The notes under the pieces: generated by a model
Databases searched by the model: none
What the model saw: the letters and a program-made list of their open reading frames with translations, nothing else
What the model was told of the DNA's origin: nothing
From: Callorhinchus milii
Lineage: Eukaryota
Reading direction: 5' to 3'
NCBI RefSeq assembly: GCF_018977255.1
Contig: NW_024704770.1
Location: 3,038,001-3,102,000 of the forward strand
DNA: 64,000 bases
Part shown: piece after piece, positions 26,101 through 38,271 of the stretch
How the letters are laid out: every line of letters starts with the position of its first letter
Numbering within the stretch: position 1 is the stretch's first letter
Program-made: the position numbers and the translations under genes

Positions 26101-29100
26101 GAAACGCAGCAGCCAATTGCCCCAAAAACAGTCGTGGATTGAGGGATCAATTTTTTTATTTATTATTTTTCTTCTGGGTAACCAGAGGCGCGTGTGTGTG
26201 TGCGCGTGTGTGTGCGCGTGTGTGTGTGGAGTAAGGAAACGTGCCCAATGTTTCGCCCTGACCTGACCCGCCCGGGATTCAAAACCAGGTCTCTCGCTTG
26301 TAAGGCGAGGGCTCTAACCACTGCAGGAATCCTCTGCAAAGGACGATACCTCCAGTACAGTGCAGCGCTACCCCCCCCCCACCCCACAGTCCTGAACTCC
26401 AGCATCAGTCTAGGGAGAGAGGGAACGGAATGGGCTACTTACGGCTCCAGCTGTGGAATCCAGCTCTGACCTGAGGGTCTGCACTTGCCTCTGGTACCCC
26501 ATCATCTCTGCCTTCATAGCCTCCATCCCCTCCCCTCCGTCTGAGGTCCTGTGCTCTTCCGTTTCCAGCTAGGAGAAACAACAATAAACCACTCGGGGTT
26601 TACACAGCGCCCCTCACTCAGGGTAGCGGCCCGGACGGTGACCGAGAATGACTCCCCCGAGCCAGGTTGGGGAGGGACGGGGGAGGTGACTGTGGGCACG
26701 ATCGAAGAGGAAGGTCTTCAGGCGTGACCTGAACCTGGGGGAATGAAGGAAGCAAGGAGGAAGGAAGGGGGGAAAGGCGGAGGGATAGAGAAAGAACATG
26801 CGAGACTCCGAGCTAAAACGTATCCTCGGTAACAAATACACTGAACACTTAACACAGAGCTATAGTCCGAGGCCCCTGGTTTGAGAGGAAGCCGGACAAG
26901 GTTCCCACCGTGGGATTCATTTTATATTGAGAAAGATAGAGATGTGTGGAATGACAAATCAGGGGATAAGGGGGAGGGATACAGAGCTTTATCACATCTT
27001 GGAGACGTCTCAAAGCCCCTCAGGGAATACACTGTAAAGTGAATTGACTGTATATTTTGTGGGCGAAATGCAGCAGCCAATTGCACACAGCAGCGTCCAA
27101 CAAACAGTGCTCTAACCATTGAGCTACAGGACTGCGCTATATCCTAAGCGGGGTGGGGGGTGGGAGTGGGTGGTGCTGTGTCTCGATCTCCTGTGGGCTT
27201 GTGGGGCCTGTAATTACCTGCTTCTGATACCAGGCCTCGGTCTGCTCCTGCTGCTTTCTGACCATGGCTTCATACTCTGCTCGAACGTCGCTGAGCATCT
27301 TGTTCAGGTCGGCAGCGGGAGCAGAGCTCACCCCGACGTGCACATTCAGGCCTTTCTGCTCGCGGAGCAGACTCAGCTTCTGTAACACAACGGCCGTTAG
27401 CGGGTTCACCTCAGACAACGTGCCTCCCGAATCCCACATCCCATCCATCCCCCCACCCACCCCCCCTCGCCTCCTTCAAGACCCTCCTCTTTGACCGCGC
27501 CTTCGGTCACCATCTACCCCCCTGCCCTCCACCCCCCTTCCTGATCCCAACCACCAGCTCAGGTGCGGATCCCTGACTGTCCAGGGCCTTGGGACGTCCT
27601 CCTGACGTGAAAGGCACTGTGTAAATGTCATGTGTTCTTATATAATGAACACCAAACCTCCACTCCCTCCCTCCCTTCCCCCCCCCACTCCCTCCCTCAC
27701 TTCCACTCCCTCCCTCCCTCCACCCTGTGTATATCGAAAAAATATATATTTTGGAAAAGAGAAGCGAAAATCTCCCAGTGTCCCAGCCAAAAATGGTCCA
27801 AATAAATTGGTCTTCAAACTGAGGTCGTGTCTGTCTGGTCAGGGGTGACGAGTCAGGGACACTAACCCACGTGAAGGCCACTAAACAAACACAAGTTGTT
27901 GTTGTTGTTAGATAGGAGGACGTGTACAGGTTGTGGTCTGGGCTACCCACCTCCTTCTCATGATCTTCCTTGAGCTGAGCAATGTCAGCCTCCAGGCTGC
28001 TGATCTCGCTCTCCATCTGAGTGGCCAAGTTCAGGTATTGTGTCTTGAGAGCGCGGAGAGACTCAATGTCAGCAGCGACCGAGAGACTCATCTCCACCTC
28101 ACATTGCGACCTCAGGGAAACACGATGAGAGTATGAGAATGTGCAATCCCCACCGCCCCATATCCCCACCAACATGTACGTAGAGTAAAGGTGGGTCGGT
28201 AACCGGGGCCCGTGGATTTAATATAAATTTAAGTTGTGGATCGCACTGCCCGGAAAGGGGGTAGAAACAGATTCAATAACTACTTTCAAAAGGGAATCAG
28301 ATAAGTAAGTATGTGGCTTCACTTGAGAACCACACCAACATAACCTGTACATAACACACACACACACACACACACACCTTGCCCCACACACAGATATCCC
28401 ACACACCTTCTTAGTTAGACTCGGTTCACTTACTTGATGCCGAAATTTTCAGCTCTGTGCTTTGAGCTGTCTAATTCCATAGCCAGGCGTGCATTCCCAC
28501 AGAAGAGATCTTCAATCTGCGTCAGTGCGATAGCCAGGGGAAGAGAAAGAGACAGGCATCACCTGGAGCCCTTTAAACCCCTCACTGAAGTGTCACCCAG
28601 CCTGCACCGTGAGCTCAAAGCCTTGGGGTTTGAACCCAGCACCTTCTGACCTAATGCAAAGGTAATCAACGCTCTATATAATCCTGTCTTAAAAAAATAA
28701 AACTAATAATAATAATAATAATAATTTGGTCCCTCAACCCACGACTGTTTCCGGGACGCTGCCGGGAGCAATTGGCTGCCGCGTTTCGTCCACAAAACAT
28801 ACAGTCGCTCCACTTTACAGTGTGTTCTGTGAAGCGTTTTGAGATGTCTCGAAGACGTGATAAGGCGCCGGGTCAAATGCAAAGGATTATTATTATCATT
28901 ATTATTATGACTGGAGCTGAGAGACCGTGAATGAACAGTGAATGTTTGTTCACGATGCTGCAGGGAATGTATTTTTAGACGTCGACAGCTAATCTGTCAA
29001 GTGCCCAGAGCTCTCCGCCCTTTTCAGTGCTGCAAGTAGCTAATACCTTGCAGCCAGAAGCATCTGACTCACTAACTATTATTGCTAAGTGGTGCCAGAA

Positions 29101-30779
29101 TCCTGAGATGGACTTCCCAGACCATCAGCGAAACAATGACTCCCGTTTATATCGCACCCTTCACGTGGAGTAGGGTCCCGGATCGCTTTGACCCAGATAT
29201 AAAACGTCAGGGTCTTGTTGTTGGATTAAAATATCTGTACACTTCAGGAGCTCTGTGAGACTGGAGACATAGACACCAAATCTGTCCTGAGGAGCCACCC
29301 TTTAAATCCCAAATTCCCGTCCCCCTGTTACTGAGCCCTGAACCTTCTATCACGCCCAGAGTCTTGTCTTCTCTTATTAGCCGTTATTATGGCCTCACAA
29401 CAATAAAGGAAAAATATTTCCAAATCTGATCAAGATCTTACGATATTCACAGGTTTGAAATGCCCGTCACACAGTGAATTAATTACGTTGTAGTGTACTC
29501 ACTGTTCTTGCAACCTAATCCATGTTAGCATTTGCACCCTTCTTCAAGGCAAATCTCAAGACCCTTCTCTTTGATCGTGCCTTCGGCCACCCTCCTACCC
29601 CCACCCTCCACCCCTCCCTACCCCCAGCTCGGGTCCAAATCCCTGACTGTCCGTCCAGCACCTTGGGACGTCCTCCCGACGTGAAAGGCGCTGTGTAAAT
29701 GTCTTTTTGTATCGTATAGGGTTAATGGGCATTGTGCACCTGACGGTATGTAATCTGATTCTGTTCCCAACGCCCTGAGGGCTGAGCTAACAACTCCAAC
29801 CACCGAGAGATCATTTCATATTTTCCTCACGACCCCACAACAGCGGCAACTGGCATTTATACAGCGGGCTTCACACGGGGTAATGTCTGGGAGCCCCAGG
29901 GTGTGAGGTGTGGCCAGAACAACTGCTCCCAGTCTCCGACCAACTTTCGGGGCAAAGCTATGGGCAGGTCAAGAGTACCTGCGCCACGTGGAGCCCTGTA
30001 GCTCAGTGGTTAGAGCACTCGCCTCGCAAGCCAGAGGACCCAGGTTCAAATCCCGCGCGGGCAGGGCGAAAGTTGGGTAAGTTTCCTTCCTCCACACATC
30101 TCTGTTTACCCAACAGTGGAACCCGGTTGTTAGTTGATTGGCAGATCACTTTTTGCGTGATACATTTGTCACTCAATCCAGGACTGTTTGTGGGACGCTG
30201 CTGTGCGCAATTGGCTGCTGCGTCTCGCCCACAAAATATACAGTCAATTTGCTTGACAGTATACTCTGTGAAGCGCTTTGAGACGTCTCGAAGACATGAT
30301 AAGGCGCTGTATCAAATGCAAGAACTATTATCTGCCCCAGAACCACAGCACCTGTACCTGCTTCAGCAGAGCCTTGACTCTCGTATCGTACAAACTCCAG
30401 TCAAATCCCCCCAGGGTCTTGGGTTTGGAGAATTCCTTGATCTTTGCCGCCAGTGTCAGGTTGGACGATTCCAGAGATTTGACCTGCGACAGGTAGGAGG
30501 CCAAGCGGTTGTTCAGGTTCTGCATGGCTTCCTTCTCGTTGCTCAGGTTTCCGCTACCACCCCCATCACTGTTCCCACCGAGCTTCCTGCCCCCAGTCCT
30601 GTCCCTGAAGAGAACTTAATGGCCATCCTCCCTCCCACAGCTAGTCCGATCCCTCCAGGGGCAGCTTGCCCCAATCTGTAGCTCCTCAACGCAACGCCAT
30701 AGTTTCTCTTGTTGTAGCCTCCACCCAGGGAAAGGTTTGACAGCGAGGCTGATGTTTGCTTGGAGGAATACAGGGTCAT
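23146..30779 (-). CDS. Type I keratin C with long Thr-rich repeat tail (~768 aa if the exon-1 frameshift is corrected). Exons 30358-30779, 28434-28516, 27951-28110, 27218-27379, 26443-26568, 25481-25698, 24881-24933, 23146-24227
   Basis: [17 protein letters not shown] and [16 protein letters not shown]; exons 83/160/162/126/218 nt. The 53-nt exon 7 ends in phase 1 and joins the 1082-nt open terminal exon (G|AT CTC AAG). Exon 1 is 1 nt short near 30560, so a pseudogene is not excluded. Confidence 0.82.
23350..23710 (-). repeat. Coding 24-bp tandem repeat, ~15 x (P/S)DTQTVTL
   Basis: Unit CACAGTCTGTGTGTCGGGCAGTGT on +; the frame is preserved throughout. Confidence 0.95.
25970..26322 (-). mobile_element. 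tRNA-derived SINE copy
   Basis: Matches the family consensus seen in the window. Confidence 0.75.
29990..30330 (+). mobile_element. tRNA-derived SINE, full length
   Basis: A/B boxes and conserved tail; lies antisense in keratin C intron 1. Confidence 0.85.
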
Positions 30780-30854
30780 GGCTGTTTCAGTGTTTGTCGC
30801 CTCCTCTTACCTACGGCTTGGCTGCCAGTACTGAGACGGCCACATGCAGCCATA

Positions 30855-30860
30855 TTTATA
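30855..30860 (-). promoter_or_regulatory. TATA box of keratin C
   Basis: TATAAA on -, ~75 nt upstream of the ATG. Confidence 0.7.
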
Positions 30861-32719
30861 CTGAAGACATCTACCAACACATGCCGCCTCCCCTCCACCC
30901 CCCCCCACACACACATACCCACCCTGTCTTAATTGGCTGGCTGGCAGGCAAGGCAGGTTCCTCGCCACTCCCAATTCAGACTGGCTTCGATGATTCCTGT
31001 GTGTGCAGTCTTCGTTGCAGAGATTTAGTGAAGTGAACACAATTATTAGACGTATAGGAAACATTGATTCACCCCCACACACATCACAGGTCTCCACAGC
31101 CGTTGAATTAACTGCATCCTCAAACCGTAGCCTCTGCATCGGGTACAGTAACTGGACCCTTCCAGGCTCCTGAAGGGCTTCACTGTTAATCGCTGTGAAG
31201 TGTAGTGACTTGCACCAGCAGTAAGTCCCTTCACAGACCTGACCTAGCCATGGCAACAACAACTTGTATTTATATACCCCTTTCACGCTGGACGGGGTCT
31301 CGGAGCGCTTGACATGAGTGGAGCCCGATGCCAAGCCAGGAGGTGGTGAGGGGGGCGGGGGGGGGAAGGTGACCGTAAGCACAGTCGAAGAAGAAGGTCT
31401 GAAAACGTGGAGAGAGAGCGAGGGGGCGGCAAGTGGTGTAGAGTGAGCGACAGAGCATATTGGCCAATTGACCAATTTTATCTGGGACTAGGACAAACCC
31501 TTGTCTTTCCAACAGGGCCCTGCCATCTTTAACATCCAGATCATCCTTCAGCCCTTGTTAAACAGTCACAGTTTCTAGACCCTCCTCTGAGCTCAGGCGC
31601 CAACTCCAAGGCTGGAACGCACGGCCCGAAAGGGTGGTGTAAACTGATTTTAATAACAACTTTCAAAAGGGAATCGGAGAGGTATTCGAAGAAGAAGAAC
31701 TTGCAGGGATGTGGGGGAAAGAGCGCGAGAGTGGGACTGGTTGGGGAGCTCTTCCAAAGAGCTACCGGCACAGGCACGATGGGCCGAATGGCCTCCTTCT
31801 GTGCCGGAACAATCTATGGTTCTACATGTGTTTGTTTGGTTCCTGTTGTCTCAGATGCACTTTGGCTCCAATGCCAAAGGCTAACAGGGCTGTCAAGGAC
31901 CGAATGAACCCGAGTAAATAAGGAAATTATTAAATATCACAGGCATTAGGCTTATCTCAATACATTCAACCGAGACATCCTCTCTCTCTCTCTCTCTCTC
32001 TGTGTGCCGAGGGGCTGATCTCAGCCCCGCTCTGTGCTGAATGGTTGGTCTCCGCTGAGATAGCAAATGGGTGAGGGAGGGGGTCTCGCTCCTGATCACT
32101 GAGCAGCAGGCTTGAGGCTGGATTCAAGCACCTAGCTGTGTGCCCTGGGGAACTTGGCTCACACCAGCCTACAAACACCCAACAACAACTGAGACACCAT
32201 CAGCAGCTGAAACGCCTGGAGACAAATCAGCAGCTTAGCTCCTGGAAACACCCTGTTTGCTTTTCTCACACTCAACCAACTCCCAGCCTCTCCCACCGAG
32301 AATTTGACCAGGGTGACCACACTGATGCTAGTCAGCGGTTTTAGGGGCACCGTTTGGCTTCTTAACAGCCACCGACCACTCTTTTAAAGCAGCTCGATGT
32401 TGGATCAGAGGCAAAAAGCGAATGCATTCCCCGTAAAGGTCCACCCAGTCCGAGCTTATAAACAGAGCCATGCCAAGCGCTCCAAGGCTTACTCTGTGTA
32501 TGTGAGCCTCTGAAGCATGTTATGTAAGGTACAAAGCTCTGCATTGGCCAAACCCTTCCATCAGGTTCTGAAATAGCAGCAAATTAATTAATGGAGATTC
32601 TTCCCAGAGCAATGGGAGCCCCAGGCACAGGTTGGGGAGGTTTTGAGCTGTCAGCACAAAGAGCATCTGTGCTGCTCATTCCCCCATTGCCATCCGAGTT
32701 ACAGAAGGCAAGAAATGCT

Positions 32720-33260
32720 CAGATGAAAATAAGACCAGGGTCCACCTCGTTCTCCGTTCCACCTTCCTGGCGGTCGCCTGCACACCGAACTCCCCACGTA
32801 CTATATCCCGTCAGGGTGTTTCCTAAAAGAAAACTTACCTGATCTGCGTTTGAAGGAATCAACATTTCCCGCTTTGACCGTCCCCCCGGGAGCTGTTCCT
32901 CAGGATGGCTATTCGCTCACTGAAATAGCGTTTGAGAAGATTCGCTCCGAATTTATCCCCCGTCGGCCGCAGCCCATGTCTGTCCTCGGGTCTCACTATC
33001 TGGACCGGATGAAACAGTCTGTTGTGATGTGAGTTGTTTGGCCCCTTTAGAGTCTTATAGACAGCAATCGCGTCCCCTCTCAATCTTCTCTTTTCCAGCG
33101 TGAACTCTCCCAAGTTACTTGGTCGCTCCGCATAGTCCAGACCCTCTGTTCCCTCCTCTGTAGCCTCTCGATTCCTCCCCTTTTTGTCCTGCAGTGACCA
33201 GAGCTGTACACAGTATCTTAGTGTGGTCTCCCCAGTGATTACCCGCTATGTTGATCAACA
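32720..33260 (-). mobile_element. CR1-like LINE ORF2 3' fragment
   Basis: Translation FTLEKRRLRGDAIAVYKTLKG matches the CR1 ORF2 C-terminal motif. Confidence 0.75.
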
Positions 33261-33962
33261 GCCCATCCCATGCATTAACCCCACAGTGCCTGCGCATCAC
33301 CCACGTAACCCATGTCTCTAGAGGTCAAGTAGCCAGAATCTCTGATCAAATAATAGCCCTCACTGTTCCTCACTGGGCTGATAGTTTGGCTGTGAAGTAC
33401 AGGAGAGCATTGATGGAACCATTGGCCCTCGCACATGTTATCGTCCATCGAGGAGGAGGGGGAATCCGGGGAAATGTAGGATGCTCCTCCCTCTCCTCCT
33501 TCAAGGCCCTCCCCTTCAACCACGCCTTTGGTCACCCTCCCCACCCTCCCGATCCCAACCACCAGCTCGGATGCAAATCCCTGACTGTCCAGCGGCTTGG
33601 GACGTCCTCCCGTCCTCCCGCCGTGTAACTGTCATGTGTTGTTGTTGACCCATTAGGCCAATGTGGCCATTTATTCGTGTGGGTCTTTGCTCCTCCACAT
33701 AGCTGTCCATCCTAATGCTTGCTCCAGCCCCCAGTCCCACTCATATCCTCTGCAGCTCAAGTCCCGATGAATTTAGAACAATTCTGCGTGAAAATGAATC
33801 AGGCTTTCTCACTAAGTGGGAGGTGCAGCCACACCCTGAGCTAACCTTAGCGTGAGTGTTTACCGCACGCATCTGCACTGATATAATTCCACTTGACAAA
33901 TGGCTTAAAGGTTAAAATTAATTTCAGTGGGGACACTGACTAGGGATTTCCAGTCAACTGAC

Positions 33963-34312
33963 TAATAATAAATAAATAATAATAATAATCCTGGTATTTG
34001 ATATAGCGCCTTATCAGATCTTTGAGACGTCTCAAAGCCCTTCACAAGATACACTGTAAGGTGAATTGACTATATTTTGTGGGCAGCCACATAAGCACAG
34101 CAGCGTCCCACAAACAGTCGTGGATTGAATTACTACCCTCGGAAAAGCCATCCGCCAATCGATTAACAACCAGGTTCCTATCTACCGCTGGGTGACCAGA
34201 GGCGCGTGTGCGGAGTAAGGAAACTTGTCTAACATTTCGCCCTGACCGGGAATCAAACCCGGGTCTTCTCGCTTGCGAGGCGAGTGCTCTAACCACTGAG
34301 CTACAGGACTCC
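33963..34312 (-). mobile_element. tRNA-derived SINE, full length
   Basis: Reverse-complement copy with intact head and (TTA)n tail. Confidence 0.85.
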
Positions 34313-35861
34313 AGCAGATGGCGGGGAATAGGATGGACCTGTGCTGAGCATAGGGAGCCGGGTGCTGTGTGGGTGGGGGGGGAGAGAAGAGAGGCTTTTT
34401 CTCTGCAGGCCTGGCTCCAGTGAAGCGGAATAAAGAGCACCTGATTGTCATTCGGTTCGGATTCTGCCTGAGGTGAGGCGGGGCTCGGTATCAGCGATCA
34501 GCTCGCCTCGCTGAGCAAGGTGACATCTCGACTCCGACAGGTAACACAATAGTCACATTCCCACCCATTGACTCTCCTCCGAAATCTAATTATTTAGTCA
34601 AACAATAATAGTAATAATCCTCGCCTTAGCCCATCTTCTCGACGTCTCAAAGCACTTCACGGAATATGCCGTCAAGTGAATTGACTGTATATTTGTGGGC
34701 AAAACACGGCAGCCAATTGCGCACAGCAGCGTCCCCACAAACAGGCGTGGATTGAAGTGAATCTGTTGTTGTTTTCTGCAGAGATTGTTATCAGGCGAGT
34801 TATAAACAAGCGAGGACTTGGTGGAGCACAGTGGCTGCTGTGATTGCCAGGGCTGGAGGGCCGGGCGTTGTGTGTGACAGACGCCAGGGCAGTCAGCCCC
34901 GCAGGTGCTGTGGTTTAATTTGCCCGATGTCTCTGATTAATTGCAAAGACAATGAGTGCTGAGCTTTCTCCCTCATGGGCAGAGCATGAGGGGAAAGTGT
35001 CTGCAGCTCCGGCCCCAATTGACTCATGTTCTGTTCTCTCTTACACTCTAAAGGTGGAGCTCAGTGGTAACAGCCCTCGCCTCGCAAGCGAGAGGACCTG
35101 GGTTCGATTCCCGACAGGGCAAAACACTGAGCAAGTTTCCTTACACCCCACGCTCGCGCCTCTGGTTACCAGCAGTAAGTAGGAACACTGTTGTTAGCCG
35201 ATTGGCGGATCGCTTTTCCGGGGGGAATAATCCCTCTAAAAAAAATAAAATAATTTGGTCACTCAATTTAACAATAATAATAATGATCCTTGCATTTGTT
35301 ACAGCGCCTCATCACATCGTTGCGACGTCTCAAAGCGCTTCATAGAATAAACTGTAAAGTGTAGTGACTGTGTATTTTGTGGGCGAACAAACAGTCGTGG
35401 ATTGAGTGACCAAATTATTATTATTTTATTTTTTTGGCAGGATGGGGGGGAATTATCACCCCTGGAAAAGCGACTGCGCCAATCGAGTCACAAATGTGTT
35501 CCTTTGAGCCGAGCTATACTGTAGCATCATTCAAATATGCTGATTATTTAAATAATAACTCAATCACTTTTATTGGCAGAAACACAGAGGAGTTTGTTGG
35601 AGCTGGTTCGCTTCACACTTTTATTTGATTTACAGGATTTGGTGTCAACGCTGCCCAACAAGCCAGGGGGAGTCCTTGCGTTTGCCTGAACAACGGGAAT
35701 CTGGTCTGGGAATAATCTTGGGAAGAGGAGCATTAACACAAGCAGAATATAGAAACTACTCTAATATATCTTTCCCTCCTGAACAACAAGCAAGAGAGAG
35801 GGCGAGAGAGAGGACAGGATTAACAGGCAGCGTTTCGGAGCAAGCAGCCACGGCAAAGCCA

Positions 35862-38191
35862 TCACACGTGTTTGATGAGCTCCAGGAAAAATTCCGACTT
35901 GAGGAATCTGGGAAAGGAATCGTTCTCCATCAGGCTGCGGATCCGCTCCTGGGCCAGCTGGAAGCAGAAGGCGCTCGGCTCCTCCAGGTTCCTGGTAACC
36001 TTCTCCCTGGTCGTCGAGTCCAGGTTAACCTGGCACAGAGAGAGAGAGAGAGAGACGTGCGCAAACAACAGAGGGCTTTACACTGACGATCCAGAACACC
36101 CCGAGTCCTGCAACACTCTCACTCAGGTACAGCAATGCACGCTACACTTTTATAGCACTTTCACGTCACGGGGGGGGGGGGGGGGGGAGAGAAAGCACGA
36201 TACACCTGGGTACGCGTGCACACACGCGTGCACACTCACGCACTTGCACACAATGCAAGGCACCGAGACACAACACAATGTGAGAAAGCGACACTTATGC
36301 ACACACAGTGAGCGACAGGTAGAGACACACACATACACACACATGAGGGAGAGAGAGACACACAGAGTGAGTGAGAGAGAGACACACAGTGAGAGAGAGG
36401 GACACACACACAGTGAGAGATAGAGAGACAAACACAGTGAGAGATAGAGAGACACACACACAGTCAGAGATAATAATCCCATAATAATCCTTGCATTTGA
36501 TACACAGCCTTATCACGTCTTCGAGATGTCTCAAAGCGCTTCACAGGATACACTAAAGTGTAGTGACTGTAGTTTGTGGGTGATTGTGGGTGAGAGACTG
36601 TGTGTGTCTCTCTCCCTCATGTGTGTGTATTTCTTACACACACAGAGTAAGAGTCAGACGGAGACACACACACACCTCCCCCACCCCTCCTCGTACACTC
36701 TCCACCTTCCCTGGCTATTCGGTGATGCCCCCCCCCCACCTCTTTAGGAGCCTGGACAGTGATGAACTCCCGGTAAATCCTCTGGGCTTTGTTGGCGAGT
36801 TCCGCGCTGGTCCTTGTGCTGCGGTAATCCTCACAGGCCAGCCAGAACTCCAGGTTCTCCTCACTGAACTCCGAGCACAGGAAGGCACGGAACGTGGTCA
36901 CTCCACCTGGAAACAGAGAGTCAGTCAATGGGCCAATCCCGGTCCCAATGACCCATCATGTCCACCTCCCAGCCCTCAACCTCCAACTCCCACATCCCAG
37001 CCCTCAACCCCCACATCCCACCCTCCACATCCCAGCTCCCAGGGGAGTGGGACTGACTCTTCCAAACAGCTGGCACAGGCTCGATGGGCCGAATGGCCTC
37101 CTTCCGTGCTGTAATAATCTATGATTCTAAGCCTCATGTCAGGGGCTTTGGGCTCACAGTTCGGCTGTCGTGAGGGAAGGCTAGGCTCACGCGTGTCCAT
37201 GCTGTGTGATCTCACACTCACTTTTGTTGGACAGAAGCTTGTCAAAGACCTGACCTCCTCCTAGAGCTTCCTCTGTGCTGGGCCTGTGGAGACAAGGAGA
37301 GAAAGAATACTGAGAGTGTGTCTGTGCTGGTGCTCCCTCTACCCCCACCCATTGGAGCTCTCTCCTCTAACCCCATTCCCTGCTCGCTCTCTCCCCCCCC
37401 TCATCGTGTCTGCGCTGGTGACTGACCTGCTCGTCCAGGGGAGTTTTTGCTGTTTGACGGCCACACTCTCAGGTTCACTGATGGCTTTGGGTTTGTGCAG
37501 CAGAGATCCCAGCTGCACCCTCATCTCCTTGGCCCTGCCACAGACAGACAAGAAACATAACAACCTGCATTTATACATTGTCTGTCACCCGGGGTAGAGA
37601 CATGGAGCGCTTCACAGTGACGGAGTCTGACAACCAGCCGTCAGAGGCGTCTTACCGTCTGCAGATCAGCCTCTAACTAGCAATAGTTACTATTAACTGG
37701 GTAAGAAATGCTGGGGGTGAGGATGACACATAATAATCATCGTTGGATTTGACCCAGAGCCTCATCACATCTTCGAGACGCCTCAAAGCGCTTCACAGGA
37801 TACACTGTAAAGTGTAGTGACTGTGTGTTTTGTGGGCAAAACGCGGCAGCCAATTGTGCCCAGCAGCATCTCCACGGACAGCCGTGGGTTGATAAGAACC
37901 AATCGCAAGGCACAAAACAAAGTGACTACGCTTTATGGCGTATCCCGCGAAGCGCTTTGAGACGCCTCGAAGACGTGATCAGCCGCTGTGTCAAACGCAA
38001 GGATCATTACCATCAGCTCGTCCTTGAGCAGCTCTCACACCTACACGATGAACCGCGCCCCCACCTTCACACACCAACGCCCGTCCTAGTGGTGGTGGTG
38101 GGGTGGGTGTGTTAGCTGTGTGCCGGGCTTCGCTGGGCGCGAAATACCTCTCGATGCAGGTGGAAGGCAGCGCTGCCAGTCCTCGACACAT
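35862..38191 (-). CDS. Regulator of G-protein signalling, R4 class (RGS5/RGS16-like), 182 aa. Exons 38148-38191, 37427-37534, 37222-37283, 36740-36906, 35862-36029
   Basis: N-terminus [18 protein letters not shown]; RGS box [17 protein letters not shown]...APKEVNLD...[13 protein letters not shown]; five coding exons as in R4 genes; the 549-nt CDS is open. Confidence 0.93.
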
Positions 38192-38265
38192 CCTGATCGC
38201 TGACGGTGGCCGGATTCCCAGCGGCAAAGAGTCAGGCGGGTGTGACTGAGATTCACACACACACA

Positions 38266-38271
38266 TTTATA
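38266..38271 (-). promoter_or_regulatory. TATA box of the RGS gene
   Basis: TATAAA on -, 75 nt upstream of the ATG. Confidence 0.65.

Noticed and set aside
29908-30681. 257-aa plus-strand ORF
   Set aside because: A SINE fused to the antisense of keratin C exon 1
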